Made by a program: the position numbers and the translations under genes. The notes below the pieces were generated by a model, which had not been told where the DNA came from, made no database searches, and saw only the letters and a program-made list of their open reading frames with translations. Source: a virus. From it: a DNA stretch of 64,000 nt. The stretch spans positions 8,782 through 72,781 of the IMG/VR virus record IMGVR_UViG_3300046673_000058; one strand, given 5' to 3'. Shown here piece after piece: positions 1 to 10,159 of this stretch. Every line of letters begins with the position of its first letter. The first letter of the stretch is position 1.

Positions 1-3000
1 GGGCGCCGTCCTGGCCGCGTCCGAAAAGGGTTATCTCATTCTCGTTATTTGAAGCGGCGGCTAAGGTGCTTGTGACGGGACCGCCGATGTTTACCCACGC
101 CCCGCTAGTAGTCCAATTAGAACTGGTATTCGTCTTCGTCCAGATTGAATTATCAGAGCCTACACAGTACAGGTCAACCCGTCCGGATGTCATGGACACC
201 GCAGCAGGTCCGGTGCCTGGGTGTAGTGAGCCACCTAAACTATACCACGGGTGCCACGTGGTGTTATCAGCAGACCACCTGTACCAACAAGCCCCATCAG
301 TGCCTCTTACAAATACACAAATTCCTGTTTCGTAATAACACGCTGCGGGTGATGAAGATGCCGCCCCGCCAAGTTGCTGCCATGATGACGGGCTAGTAAT
401 GGCGGGGACTCCTGGGGACGCATGGGTATCAAGTAGTGTATAAGGGTAAGTTCCAGAGAACGTGTAAATATCCCCCCCCACTATGACGCTGATTCCGGCG
501 TCAGTGGTGCATAGCCCTTCGACCTCCAACCCCGCAGTTGTTGCCCCTGTATCTGGATATGTGATTATTATTGACTCACTACTGCCGTTGGGGTTCATCA
601 CTCCAACCACCGCAGTCTCGCCCGCCACCCAGTTCTCATTTGTTGAGTAATAATATTTACCGTTGTAAGGGCATATCCCTTGGTAGTAGATTCCTGCAGG
701 GCCATCGCCTGTGATTGAACCTTCGTATGCGAACGTATCTAAGTTGAACTTGAACACCTTTGTGTGCCCTAGTGCAGTGCTTCCGGATGTGCCGTATTGT
801 ATCGCTACTAAACAGTTGTTCTCAGCATCTACACCAACACCGCCTATGTTAAGCACCTCATACGTGAGTCCAGATAATTCACATAAATCATAATTCGTTA
901 TAAAGCTCAGGTCGCTCGTGTTGAACAACCCCACCATCTCTTTTTGAGGGAGTTCTTGCGTAGTACAGAAACAGTAAAGAATGCCGTTATTTAATCCAGC
1001 CCCCCCTAAGTGGTCGCCACCACATAGGGTCCCTACATTTTCCCTATACATGACTACGTTCATGCTCTGGTCTAACTTGTAAATAGACCACGTAGTAACG
1101 TAATAATAATACGTCCCGTCAAACGAAATGCTTTGTGGCTGCAAATATGCCGTTCCTGGTGTGCCCTTTAAGTGGAATAATGCGTTGCCTTTCCCGACGG
1201 CGAACACATTGATTTTCCCATCCGCGTCCATACAAACAGAGGGCCCGGCATTCGCAGCAAGCGTCCCGCCAAGGGTCATCCATTCCCCCCACGTTTTACC
1301 CCCGTCGATTGAACCTTTGTAATAAACCGCCCGGGTTAGCCCTTGCGCAAAGACAAATATCTGGTTTTCCGCTGGGGAGACCGCAGAGACCGACGAGACA
1401 ATCATTCCCTGTAAATCCAACGCGCTTTCATACCCATCTGCGCTTGTGATGTACATTACCTCTCCGTCGACTTTGGAGGAAAAGAATACGTCATCCCTAC
1501 CTGGTGCGCTCGAACACGCTGCTGGTGCTCCACCGTTCACGACCTGCCAGCCAGGGTTGCGTTGCCGGACTTCTAAAGTGTATGGAACAGTTATCGGCGG
1601 TTCTTGGGTGGGGACATAGATTATGTTTATGTCGGATGTTTCGGTTATAATCAGCGTATCTGTTTCTGCTACATTAATACTAGATGAGAACTCTTCGAGC
1701 GAATGCCCTTCGATATTTCTTAGGTTTATCGTTTCGTGCGACGTAATCTTGGGAAACGAAGACGTTTCCCTAACAGAGAGGTTCATCACCTCGGAGTTAG
1801 TGAATCCGAACGTATTGGTCTCGCTAACCGATAGTGTCGCCGTCTCGTCAGAAAAGTAAGTAGGGAGTATTTGAGTTGTTCCAGCGTCAGAATCAGTTAA
1901 TATAGCCGTTTCAGTCGATGTGACATACTTACAGCCTACCTTCTGAATATATGAATTCTCAGTTACGATAAGTGTTATTATTTCAGGTGTTGTGACCTCA
2001 CTTATGGTAGTTACCGATACGTATGACTTTTCAGTAATCGAAAGCGTTATAACTTCATCCGTATTTACAACCCTGTCGCCGCCGCTTATTTGGGTACTGT
2101 TGCGCTCTTTGGGTTTGAGCGTTATCATTTCTTTCGACGTTTGATGAATCGTAAACGATGAAAATTCTGTAGGTGTGAGGGTGTTAGTATCTGGAGAAGA
2201 TACATCTACTGTGCTCGTAGCCCATATCGCGCTATCGGCGGCGTAATTACTAGCAAAGTCACCGCTTGCATCGTAGTTGTACCACCTGAAAACCGCGATA
2301 GTTCCGTCTAAACCTCGGTTATTATTCCAGTAGCCGTCTATGTTCCCAACTATTAGCGAACCAACCGGACAGTCATCCATCCAGTCGCCGGTTCCCGTGT
2401 CAAAGTGGTATAACGTCTGTTGAGTGCCGTTGATGAATATTGCAATTCCATAATCATTCGGCCCTTCCATCGCGTCATAAGAAATTTGGATATCATACCA
2501 GTTTCCGATTGTAACGGGGGTTCCGCTTGTGTAATACGCGTCCCAGTTGCCGTCAGTGGTAAATCGTTGCAGTTGAAGCCTGTTGTTTGGAGTATCAACA
2601 AACAGACACCACTCACTATTCGTATTAGTCGCGGAGTCTATAGCCCGCTTAGAAAATAACCTCGGTTGTGTGCTCGCTCCAGAGAACGTGCCGTTGAGGT
2701 AAAACGCTATCTCGGCGGAGTAATAATCTAAATCACAGGTCTTTGAACCGTTAGGAATCCAAATATAATCAGTATTACTTGTGAACTTCCACGCCTTATG
2801 TCCAGACGGCAGGGTTATCTGTTTATTTGAGCTAAAGTGACCGTTATAGCCACTGCCTGTATTCGACCCCGTGTTGGTGATGAGTCCACCAGAAACAGCC
2901 CAAGTAGAGAGGTCAACGCTTGCATTTGAGGGTCTATACGTAGAGTTCCAAGTACTCCCTCGGTATTTATCATAATACCAGTGCCCGTGGTTCGCAGATG

Positions 3001-3682
3001 CAAAAGAAGCGGATTGATTGGTGTTATACTGCCGGTAGACCATAAGCCAACCGGCTGCGTTATAACCGCGCGATGACGACGGGCACGCTGAGTTGGCAGA
3101 GTAGTTCATTATATTGGCGCTGCCAACCGAATCGTTGTACCACGCACCAGTCGGATATGAATTATCAGTACCCGCGTTAACCGTTTGCTCTACGGGTGTT
3201 GCACCGTCAGTACCTATCCATATCCTCGGCTTTGGGGTGCTGGCTCCGTTCGGAGTTGCTCCTGCAGACCACGCGATTTGAATATAATACTCATGTCCTG
3301 TCGGTGTTGAACCCGATGGAGTGTAAAAGTAAATATCATGGCCGCTCGTGTCGTAACGGGATAATATAAGATTCTGGCTGCTGTCCTGGAAGTAAATCTC
3401 ATACGCGCCGACGCCTTTGTCCCATATCTTGTTCATCCCGTGGCCGCCAGCGTGGTAACTGACGTATATCTCCCAACTAACGGTGTTTTGGTTGTTAGTC
3501 GTTGAGTTGGCGGGGATGCAGATAAAGTCGTTACTACCCGTCAAGCCCCAGTACGATGTGCCACTTGCGGAGAGTGTGTGGAAAAGAGACGGCGTGCTAC
3601 AATATCCATTACATCCCGAAGCGGTGCCTTTATTCGTCCATGTCGTCACGCCTTCTGGAACGTAATAAATCGTCTGCGCCAT
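1..3682 (-). CDS. Large tail/adhesin protein (>1227 aa, partial): N-terminal LamG/ConA-like domains, Thr/Ser/Glu-rich stalk, PLL-type beta-propeller lectin repeats
   Basis: ATG at 3682 overlaps the upstream stop (TAATG). Hand translation gives MAQTIYYVPEGVTTW...SWEIYV...KIWDKG...YEIYF. It is absent from the ORF track, consistent with no stop before the window edge. Lectin-type repeats: WMTLGGTLAANAGPSV...INVFAVGKGNALF and WVNIGGPVTS...ITLFGRGQDGA. Confidence 0.8.
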   Translation of the reverse strand, partial: MAQTIYYVPEGVTTWTNKGTASGCNGYCSTPSLFHTLSASGTSYWGLTGSNDFICIPANSTTNNQNTVSWEIYVSYHAGGHGMNKIWDKGVGAYEIYFQDSSQNLILSRYDTSGHDIYFYTPSGSTPTGHEYYIQIAWSAGATPNGASTPKPRIWIGTDGATPVEQTVNAGTDNSYPTGAWYNDSVGSANIMNYSANSACPSSSRGYNAAGWLMVYRQYNTNQSASFASANHGHWYYDKYRGSTWNSTYRPSNASVDLSTWAVSGGLITNTGSNTGSGYNGHFSSNKQITLPSGHKAWKFTSNTDYIWIPNGSKTCDLDYYSAEIAFYLNGTFSGASTQPRLFSKRAIDSATNTNSEWCLFVDTPNNRLQLQRFTTDGNWDAYYTSGTPVTIGNWYDIQISYDAMEGPNDYGIAIFINGTQQTLYHFDTGTGDWMDDCPVGSLIVGNIDGYWNNNRGLDGTIAVFRWYNYDASGDFASNYAADSAIWATSTVDVSSPDTNTLTPTEFSSFTIHQTSKEMITLKPKERNSTQISGGDRVVNTDEVITLSITEKSYVSVTTISEVTTPEIITLIVTENSYIQKVGCKYVTSTETAILTDSDAGTTQILPTYFSDETATLSVSETNTFGFTNSEVMNLSVRETSSFPKITSHETINLRNIEGHSLEEFSSSINVAETDTLIITETSDINIIYVPTQEPPITVPYTLEVRQRNPGWQVVNGGAPAACSSAPGRDDVFFSSKVDGEVMYITSADGYESALDLQGMIVSSVSAVSPAENQIFVFAQGLTRAVYYKGSIDGGKTWGEWMTLGGTLAANAGPSVCMDADGKINVFAVGKGNALFHLKGTPGTAYLQPQSISFDGTYYYYVTTWSIYKLDQSMNVVMYRENVGTLCGGDHLGGAGLNNGILYCFCTTQELPQKEMVGLFNTSDLSFITNYDLCELSGLTYEVLNIGGVGVDAENNCLVAIQYGTSGSTALGHTKVFKFNLDTFAYEGSITGDGPAGIYYQGICPYNGKYYYSTNENWVAGETAVVGVMNPNGSSESIIITYPDTGATTAGLEVEGLCTTDAGISVIVGGDIYTFSGTYPYTLLDTHASPGVPAITSPSSWQQLGGAASSSPAACYYETGICVFVRGTDGACWYRWSADNTTWHPWYSLGGSLHPGTGPAAVSMTSGRVDLYCVGSDNSIWTKTNTSSNWTTSGAWVNIGGPVTSTLAAASNNENEITLFGRGQDGA

Positions 3683-4167
3683 TATCGAATCACCTTTACA
3701 ACCGTCTTAACAGGGTTCGCGTTTACAATCGGAGGGTAATGTTGGTGGCACGTTATACCTTGCATATATCTATGTAACCACACATCTAATAACTTCCACT
3801 TAGGCACGGTAGACTTAGGATATGGGTTATTTGAATCATCCCAAACGTCTGAATACTTTTCTATAAACTCACCACTAAACTTCGCAAGCGCGAGTGTCGG
3901 TGTAGTTCCGTCTTTAAAAGAATCCTCATTTGAAACTCCAAATGAACACCACCCCTCTGGACAGCGTTCTATCTCTTCAACCGCGCCAAACCAAAATACC
4001 GAATCATGCTCGCAATTAAGGAAGCTTTCTTTTTCTTCCCAGCGTTCCTTAAAATAGTCAAGATAGCTGTAGCTATCCGTTATCCAGACCGGCTCGTAGT
4101 CATAGTGCATAAGCACCATTTTAGTTGCCGGTTGTATGGTAGTATAAGGAACGAAAAGCTTAGACAC
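3682..4167 (-). CDS. Hypothetical protein, possibly a minimal GT-A glycosyltransferase-like protein
   Basis: FLNCEHD resembles a hhhhExD metal-binding motif; C-terminal HQH; tightly coupled to the tail genes. Confidence 0.35.
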   Translation of the reverse strand: MSKLFVPYTTIQPATKMVLMHYDYEPVWITDSYSYLDYFKERWEEKESFLNCEHDSVFWFGAVEEIERCPEGWCSFGVSNEDSFKDGTTPTLALAKFSGEFIEKYSDVWDDSNNPYPKSTVPKWKLLDVWLHRYMQGITCHQHYPPIVNANPVKTVVKVIR

Positions 4168-4180
4168 GTTTAACCGCGCC

Positions 4181-4630
4181 TTAGCTCTGTATAGTTATCG
4201 TCTTTTGGTAAACTACTGATTCCGTACTTGTTTTTGGCTGTAATGGTAGTACTTCTACCGTTCTGCTAAGCATGCACAGCGGCTGTGCGCCGGTATAACT
4301 TGCATTGGTTAGGTTCGATGCTCCGCCGTTAAATACTGCGTCTTCGTTCCAGTCAAAGTTTGCATCGGTAGGCCCGAACGTTGCCTGAAACGTTATCGTG
4401 TTCGTGGTTCCGCTGGACGTTGATGGGTAACTCGTATCCATCCTTTTCAAAAGCGTATTCGTCGTACCCCCTAGCTTGTGGTTAGTGGTTGCCTGCGCGA
4501 CTGAACCCCCGTTATCCCCTACACCTATCAACGCGTACGTATTACTAAATGGATTCCAGTTAGGTGTTGCACCAATCTCGGTAGTCATCAGGTCGCATAT
4601 CGCATTCCATCCATCTGCTGTCAATGGCAT
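4181..4630 (-). CDS. Tail/baseplate-associated structural protein
   Basis: IGVGD...TITFQATFGPTDANFDWNEDAVFN resembles tail-collar/fibre-base proteins; lies in the tail module with a GGAGG RBS. Confidence 0.55.
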   Translation of the reverse strand: MPLTADGWNAICDLMTTEIGATPNWNPFSNTYALIGVGDNGGSVAQATTNHKLGGTTNTLLKRMDTSYPSTSSGTTNTITFQATFGPTDANFDWNEDAVFNGGASNLTNASYTGAQPLCMLSRTVEVLPLQPKTSTESVVYQKTITIQS

Positions 4631-4651
4631 TTCTTTTTATTCCTCCTTAAA

Positions 4652-4870
4652 TTAAATGTAGTATTCTCTTTCGCGTTCTACGACTCGCCTTTCGCTCGCC
4701 GTTCGATACATTCCCCCCGCCCAAAAAGATTCGGGGTAGATTTTTATCACATCGTGTTCGATAATCTTAATTTTTCCGTGTTCCGTAATGTTAAGGTTTG
4801 CTTTCTCTCCGCCTTCCATTTTAGCCTCCAATTCTACTACTGTAATCCCACAAGGTACCTGTCTCTCCAC
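4652..4870 (-). CDS. Small hypothetical protein (true start probably 4819)
   Basis: Fills the gap between Dit and the next tail gene. Confidence 0.5.
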   Translation of the reverse strand: MERQVPCGITVVELEAKMEGGEKANLNITEHGKIKIIEHDVIKIYPESFWAGGMYRTASERRVVEREREYYI

Positions 4871-5646
4871 CGCGTTTCCAACGTGCCACTACTCGGCCCA
4901 CTAAACAAAATATCATTATCCCCTGGGGTAAGATACGGCCACGATGGGGCAACAACACCCGCCGAATTTGGGTTGCCGTTGATTAGAACCGTGTGTGGGA
5001 TTCCATACTCGTCGGTAATCACGTCGAGTACGTCTCCGGTTGTTAAACTACCGTACCATGTAAATGTTTGATTGGTGGTGTTATTCACCCACGAAACCGG
5101 CCCAAGATACGCCCCGCTTGACGTGAACCGCCAGCGAGGTAATGCGTTAGTGTCGCCGTTCGTGGTGAGGGTATATTCTGTTGTGCCTGTGAGTACTCCT
5201 ATTGTTTGTACTGATTCATTGTATGTGTACGCTGGACCAGTACACCCGAAATCCACCGCTAGTTCCATCATATAGGGTATAGCAGCCTCATTCTGCGGGG
5301 TGCTTGTCAGCTTCTTCGCCATGAAATAACTACCCGAGTATTCTGCGAATGTAAGCATCTGCTCGCCTAGTGACGGGTCAAGCACCGAAGTGAGTTGCGT
5401 AAGGGCGTAGAGCATAGAGGTACGGGTTCCGTCCGGCGGTTCGATTCTGAATATCGCGTGAATAGGGTATGAGGTAAAGATAGGTTGTGTGCTTACCAGA
5501 CTCTCAGCGCCGGTTGGGAACTGTTGACTTACTTGTCCGTCCATAAACCAGTAATTCGCATCCGTGGTGAGGTGCGCGTAATACGGGGCGCTCGTAAGGT
5601 CAACTCCGCCGAAGGTAACTTTGCCAATTCCTGTGCTTTGTGCCAT
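4837..5646 (-). CDS. Distal tail protein (Dit, siphovirus type)
   Basis: Directly after the tape measure gene; F.C..P.Y, NGD..A.P, WPYLTPGDNDI and WRDRYL motifs typical of Dit. Confidence 0.8.
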   Translation of the reverse strand: MAQSTGIGKVTFGGVDLTSAPYYAHLTTDANYWFMDGQVSQQFPTGAESLVSTQPIFTSYPIHAIFRIEPPDGTRTSMLYALTQLTSVLDPSLGEQMLTFAEYSGSYFMAKKLTSTPQNEAAIPYMMELAVDFGCTGPAYTYNESVQTIGVLTGTTEYTLTTNGDTNALPRWRFTSSGAYLGPVSWVNNTTNQTFTWYGSLTTGDVLDVITDEYGIPHTVLINGNPNSAGVVAPSWPYLTPGDNDILFSGPSSGTLETRWRDRYLVGLQ

Positions 5647-5651
5647 CTTAG

Positions 5652-8003
5652 TTAACCTCGCGCGTGTCCGCTTCTACGGGAGTACGATTCGGTCTTAAAC
5701 GCCAATTTCCGCGAGATAAGGTCAGCTAGGTTTTCAACGTCCTGTGGGTTGTTCATCTGCGGGTTATTGATTTGAATTGCTCCGGGGTGTACGTGAATAT
5801 CCCCACCGGCAGTGTTTGTTGTCGCGCTCGCGCTCGTTAACGCTCCAGCTCCTGCCGCCGCGCTTATACCCCCTCGAATACCACTCAGCGGTACAACGAG
5901 TTCTGGACCTGCTTCACCTATGAGTGCTACCGTAGGCTTGGTGACGAGGCCGCCACCTGCCATCGCAGGAAGCTTAGCACTTGTGATTGAACCTACCGCA
6001 TTACTAACCGCAGAGGTTAATCCGCTAAAGAATCCGGCAGCCGCTGAGAGCATCCAGTCCCCTAACCCGCCAATCGCACCCTGTATACCCCCTGGGAGCC
6101 CGCTAAAGAACCCCTCCGCCGCGCCGAGTAGCCACGTTCCAAAGCTGACAAGCGCAGTTGTAATACCATTCCACAGCTCCCCGGGAATGGGAGAAAGTAA
6201 GTTCCAGAGCCACGTTCCTATCTGCACCCATATGCCAACATATGCAGTCCATAATTGCATAGGAAGTGGCGAGATAAGACCCCACAGCCAGGTTCCTATT
6301 TGAATCCATATACCTATATACGCGGTCCATAGTTTCATCGGAAGTGTGGTGATTAAACCCCAGAGCCACGTTCCTATCTGCACCCATATGCCAACATATG
6401 CAGTCCATAATTGCATAGGAAGTGGCGAGATAAGACCCCACAGCCACGTGCCAAACTGTCCAAGCGCGCTCACTAAGGCGCTCCATGCTTTCGCTGCCAT
6501 GCCACCCCAGTTGAAGCTCGTGATAGCAGAAAACCCCGCTAAGATGCCTTTTTTGAAGTCATCACCTAACTTGCCGAAGTTACCACTCATCAGGTCGCCT
6601 AAGAGTGTTTTAATCCATCCGGCTACTTCGTTGACCGCATCGTGGAATGGCTTGAAATATGTGTAAAGTAGGTAGAGGGCAATGCCGATTGCGGCGACTG
6701 CAATGATGATTGGGAGTAGTGGGATAAGTATTGCCAAAACCGCAGGGAGAACCGTTGTCATTAACGCAACCCCGATGGCAGATACAATAGGCGCGATAAC
6801 TCCGAACCCTGTTGCAAGTGGACCTATTATCATCAAGATAGGCCCAATAGCTGCGAGTATTCCTAAAATAGCAACAACAACCATTTGAACCGGCGCGGGC
6901 ATGTTTGAGAAGACCCCCATGACGCTAGTAAGAATGTCCAAAATTGGTTTTGCCGCGTCGAGAACATTTTCCAGTACATTTATAAGCACCTTACCAAACG
7001 GCGCAAAAGCGACTTCGGCCTTGTTCTTAAACTCATCAAGCTTTTCGCTAAGGGTCATGGTGGCTTCTGACTGCTTCTCAATAGAGCCCGCAGAACTATC
7101 TTGAGCGGCCTTCAGTTGATTATAACCAGTCGTCGTGTTCCCAAGCGACGCGCTTAACTTATCATAGTTCTTCTGTCCTAGGAGCGTCTTGTCGGAGGCC
7201 GTTGCAGTTCCCGTAGCAATGCGCTGCATCATCGCGTTCCACTCATTGCCGACATCTTGTTTTCCAAGTTGGGTTTGCAGCTTTGTCACACCGTCAGTGA
7301 GAAGGGCGTTTCCCTGTCGTGCGGGAATACCCGATGCCGCGAGAGACCCTATCGCCGCCGAGTAGTCATCCATAGGAATCTTAGCTGAATATGCTACGGA
7401 ACCCGCCTTCGCTAACGTACCCGTCAGGTCATTGATTGGTGCTCCGGTCTTTGTGGAAATAACATACAGCTTATCCATCTCATTACCAGCTTCAGAAGCA
7501 GGCATGTGGAACGCATTCATGGCGGTTGATAACCCAGTTACGGCGCCTGTAGCATCAACGCCAAGCATACGGGACATATCTAATCCTTGTTTGGTAACAT
7601 TTTCAAGAGCGGGGCCCGCAATATGCAGTTTATCGCTTACTACCGCCATCACGTTTGCTACGGTGGTCGCATCGTCAGGAGTGTTGCCGAAAACGTTAGT
7701 AAAAGAAGTTTTCATCTGGGTGGCGGCTGCGCCTGTTGAATTAGTTTGGCGTATTAAGCTTGTTTCAGCGGTGTTGATGGTCTCAAAGCTTTTAACGGCG
7801 AATAATGCCCCGGCGACTATGGGTGCGGTGATACCTGCGGTCATAATGCCACCAGCCCCCTTCATTGACCCCGCTATGTCATTGCCGAAGTTTGAGAATA
7901 AGCCCTGCCCTTTACTTAATGCGCTTGTTATGTCGCTAATAAACCCACTAGTATCAGACTTTAAGTTTACAATTGCAGTCCCAACAACGTCGCCGCCACC
8001 CAT
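5652..8003 (-). CDS. Tail tape measure protein
   Basis: 783 aa, Ala/Gly-rich helical protein with PhageMin_Tail-like core, hydrophobic segment, Trp repeats and C-terminal MAGGGLVTKPTVALIGEAGPELVVPL motif. Confidence 0.93.
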   Translation of the reverse strand: MGGGDVVGTAIVNLKSDTSGFISDITSALSKGQGLFSNFGNDIAGSMKGAGGIMTAGITAPIVAGALFAVKSFETINTAETSLIRQTNSTGAAATQMKTSFTNVFGNTPDDATTVANVMAVVSDKLHIAGPALENVTKQGLDMSRMLGVDATGAVTGLSTAMNAFHMPASEAGNEMDKLYVISTKTGAPINDLTGTLAKAGSVAYSAKIPMDDYSAAIGSLAASGIPARQGNALLTDGVTKLQTQLGKQDVGNEWNAMMQRIATGTATASDKTLLGQKNYDKLSASLGNTTTGYNQLKAAQDSSAGSIEKQSEATMTLSEKLDEFKNKAEVAFAPFGKVLINVLENVLDAAKPILDILTSVMGVFSNMPAPVQMVVVAILGILAAIGPILMIIGPLATGFGVIAPIVSAIGVALMTTVLPAVLAILIPLLPIIIAVAAIGIALYLLYTYFKPFHDAVNEVAGWIKTLLGDLMSGNFGKLGDDFKKGILAGFSAITSFNWGGMAAKAWSALVSALGQFGTWLWGLISPLPMQLWTAYVGIWVQIGTWLWGLITTLPMKLWTAYIGIWIQIGTWLWGLISPLPMQLWTAYVGIWVQIGTWLWNLLSPIPGELWNGITTALVSFGTWLLGAAEGFFSGLPGGIQGAIGGLGDWMLSAAAGFFSGLTSAVSNAVGSITSAKLPAMAGGGLVTKPTVALIGEAGPELVVPLSGIRGGISAAAGAGALTSASATTNTAGGDIHVHPGAIQINNPQMNNPQDVENLADLISRKLAFKTESYSRRSGHARG
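6204..6446. repeat. Two identical 87-bp direct repeats (6204-6290, 6360-6446) within 78-nt tandem units of the tape measure gene
   Basis: Copies are offset by 156 nt and encode 26-aa GTWLWGLISPLPMQLWTAYVGIWVQI units. Confidence 0.92.
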
Positions 8004-8010
8004 TTTTTAT

Positions 8011-8478
8011 TTACTCTTTCTCTATATCAACGCCGTCTCTAAACGCCGCCTGTTGTTTATCCCACAAGTCCATCGATTCTTTGTACGCTTTCTCATCTAC
8101 CGGGGCGCCGATGGCTTTGGCTAGGTTATGAAGCAAACTGCTAAACGCTTTCATACGGTTTTCAAACGGCGTAGCATCCCAGATAGCTTCAACGTCTTCG
8201 ATTCGTATATCGGGATACTCGTGAATCATCCCCGCCCAGATTAGATTAATCGTATCTTCGTGGGACCAGTCCTGGACGTTAAGCGCCGCTAGAATCTTCC
8301 ACGACTTTTTCTGGAACGCGCGTTCCATCTGAATGATGCCGCGCGACTTAAAATCAATACGTCTTTCTCGGTCAAGCTTTACCGGAACGACATTGCTGAC
8401 CGTTTTACCTATTTTGAGAGTTCTCCTATCCTCAGCTATCTCTTGGGGGGTCCTCTCATCTTCATTTTCATATCCCAT
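8011..8478 (-). CDS. Tail assembly chaperone (G-like)
   Basis: R.IDF...GIIQMER.F...LIWAGM.HE pattern; immediately precedes the tape measure gene. Confidence 0.65.
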   Translation of the reverse strand: MGYENEDERTPQEIAEDRRTLKIGKTVSNVVPVKLDRERRIDFKSRGIIQMERAFQKKSWKILAALNVQDWSHEDTINLIWAGMIHEYPDIRIEDVEAIWDATPFENRMKAFSSLLHNLAKAIGAPVDEKAYKESMDLWDKQQAAFRDGVDIEKE

Positions 8479-8491
8479 ATTTTTTCACCTT

Positions 8492-9394
8492 TCATTTTTC
8501 CACCGTATCACTCTGTTTCGCTGTATCACTAGGTTTCCGTGCTTTGAGCATACGCTCTGCTTCTTCTGCTTCTGCTTTGTCGCTGTTGATAATCGCTTGC
8601 GCTTCTTCTTTGGTGAATTTCGATTTCGTTTCTTTGTCAGATTGCCGTGCAATCCGACGCAACATAGGTTCTAGGTCTGGTAGTTTACCGTCTGATAGAA
8701 ACTTACCCGTAAATGCCCCCGCGTGCCATGCTTCAAACATCGCCATCTGTTGTAAATAGACTAACCGTTTATCGTGAGCCGTAAAGAAAGCCTCTAATTC
8801 ACGAGGCATCATGTTTAATATTTCGTTAATTGGAATAGTGACACCCATCTGAAATAACGTATTGAGGGCTAATTCGTACCACTGCCCGAACGTTTCCAGT
8901 TTGGGTTTCTTTAATGCGAAGTTCTCAGCGTCACGAACGTCTGCGCGTTTGTATGAGTCAACTACACGGGGTTTTACGCTGACCGGCTCACCGTTCTCAT
9001 TATACTCAATCTCAAACTGCCCCGTTGCCCGCTGGAGCTCAACTTGACTCTGTTTAAACGCTTTTATTACTTCGGGTCGTTCTAGGGTGTTAAGTATCGC
9101 GGGTATGTCCATGCGAGACTGAAGCCCTTTTTGCAGGATGCGGCTCTGTTCTTCTTCTCCGAGCGTGCCGAGTAGTGCTTGTTCAATAAGCACCCACAAA
9201 CTTCTATTAAACGTCTGTTCTAATTCAAGTAACGCGCCTATTGTATAGCGTATCTTAAACGGGTCATACTCACCAAGAGTAATAATGGCGAACGGCAGTA
9301 AGGTGCAGCCCTCATGCACGTTTATCGGCGCGTCCCTGTCGGCCCGGTCTAATCGAGGGGCCATGTCATCGTACTCTGGTCTCTGGTAAGCCAT
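8492..9394 (-). CDS. Tail assembly chaperone, G-T-like fusion
   Basis: IRYTIGALLELEQTF (G-like) and I..EILNMMPRELE (T-like) in one reading frame. Confidence 0.55.
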   Translation of the reverse strand: MAYQRPEYDDMAPRLDRADRDAPINVHEGCTLLPFAIITLGEYDPFKIRYTIGALLELEQTFNRSLWVLIEQALLGTLGEEEQSRILQKGLQSRMDIPAILNTLERPEVIKAFKQSQVELQRATGQFEIEYNENGEPVSVKPRVVDSYKRADVRDAENFALKKPKLETFGQWYELALNTLFQMGVTIPINEILNMMPRELEAFFTAHDKRLVYLQQMAMFEAWHAGAFTGKFLSDGKLPDLEPMLRRIARQSDKETKSKFTKEEAQAIINSDKAEAEEAERMLKARKPSDTAKQSDTVEK

Positions 9395-9816
9395 ACGGTC
9401 AATCCAACTATTCTTCCATACACATATTCATCCGGACTATGCACATTAGAAACCCTCGGGCCGTCAGCCCAGCAACGCACTACCGTGTAATCAGTCATAT
9501 ACTGCGCTAACGTGGCTTCGTGCCGGTGAAATAGCTCTTTAACCGCTTCACCTAGTTCTTCTACAAGGGCTTGGTCGCCGGTTTCATCGGTGTAACAGCG
9601 AATGTCCCTCATGATAGACTGCCCAATTGTGGTCTTTGTCTCTCGCGCAACGTCACGGATGCTACCTTCGGTGATGATAAGGGGCCTTTGTGCGCCTTCG
9701 GGGTATGGTGCAAACGTAAAGACTGCAGGAACGCCGTGGAAGGTGGTGAGCATTCCGGTTACCGTGGGGTCGTTGATGAGGACTTGATAGATTGCTTTGG
9801 TGAGTTGGTGAACCAT
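9349..9816 (-). CDS. Tail terminator/completion protein (DUF3168/gp17-like)
   Basis: AIYQ.L..D..V, P...P.I, and A..LGEAVKELFH motifs; synteny. Confidence 0.75.
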   Translation of the reverse strand: MVHQLTKAIYQVLINDPTVTGMLTTFHGVPAVFTFAPYPEGAQRPLIITEGSIRDVARETKTTIGQSIMRDIRCYTDETGDQALVEELGEAVKELFHRHEATLAQYMTDYTVVRCWADGPRVSNVHSPDEYVYGRIVGLTVWLTRDQSTMTWPLD

Positions 9817-9817
9817 G

Positions 9818-10159
9818 TTAGTCCTTAGCCGCTAGTATTGCCGGGCGTAAGTAAGGCTGGGCGTCCATCTTCGATGTACCTTCCTCAACATACCGGGCAT
9901 AACTCCCCGTTCCGTTAAGCACCGGAGGGTCAAAGATAATCTCATACCACTGCCCGCCATCTTTCTCGTCAATGTGCCCTGAGTCCCTGAGTGCGCCAGT
10001 GTCTACGGGTGCGTTATCTTTTGCGGCGTCAAGTATGCGCTCGGCTTTCTCCTTCATCATTGTGCCTGCTTTCTTGCGGCCAATCTCCATGATGGCGTCA
10101 TTGTCGATGTTGCTTGTAAACGCGGCTGAGAAGTCGATTCCGTTACTCATGGCTAACAC
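9818..10159 (-). CDS. HK97 gp10-like neck protein
   Basis: AK.NAPVDTGALRDS and YA.YVEEGTSKM.AQPYLRPA motifs. Confidence 0.9.
   Translation of the reverse strand: MLAMSNGIDFSAAFTSNIDNDAIMEIGRKKAGTMMKEKAERILDAAKDNAPVDTGALRDSGHIDEKDGGQWYEIIFDPPVLNGTGSYARYVEEGTSKMDAQPYLRPAILAAKD

Noticed and set aside
6204-6446. Repeat pair as DGR template/variable region
   Set aside because: The copies are identical and in frame within the tape measure gene; there are no adenine-specific mismatches and no reverse transcriptase in the window.
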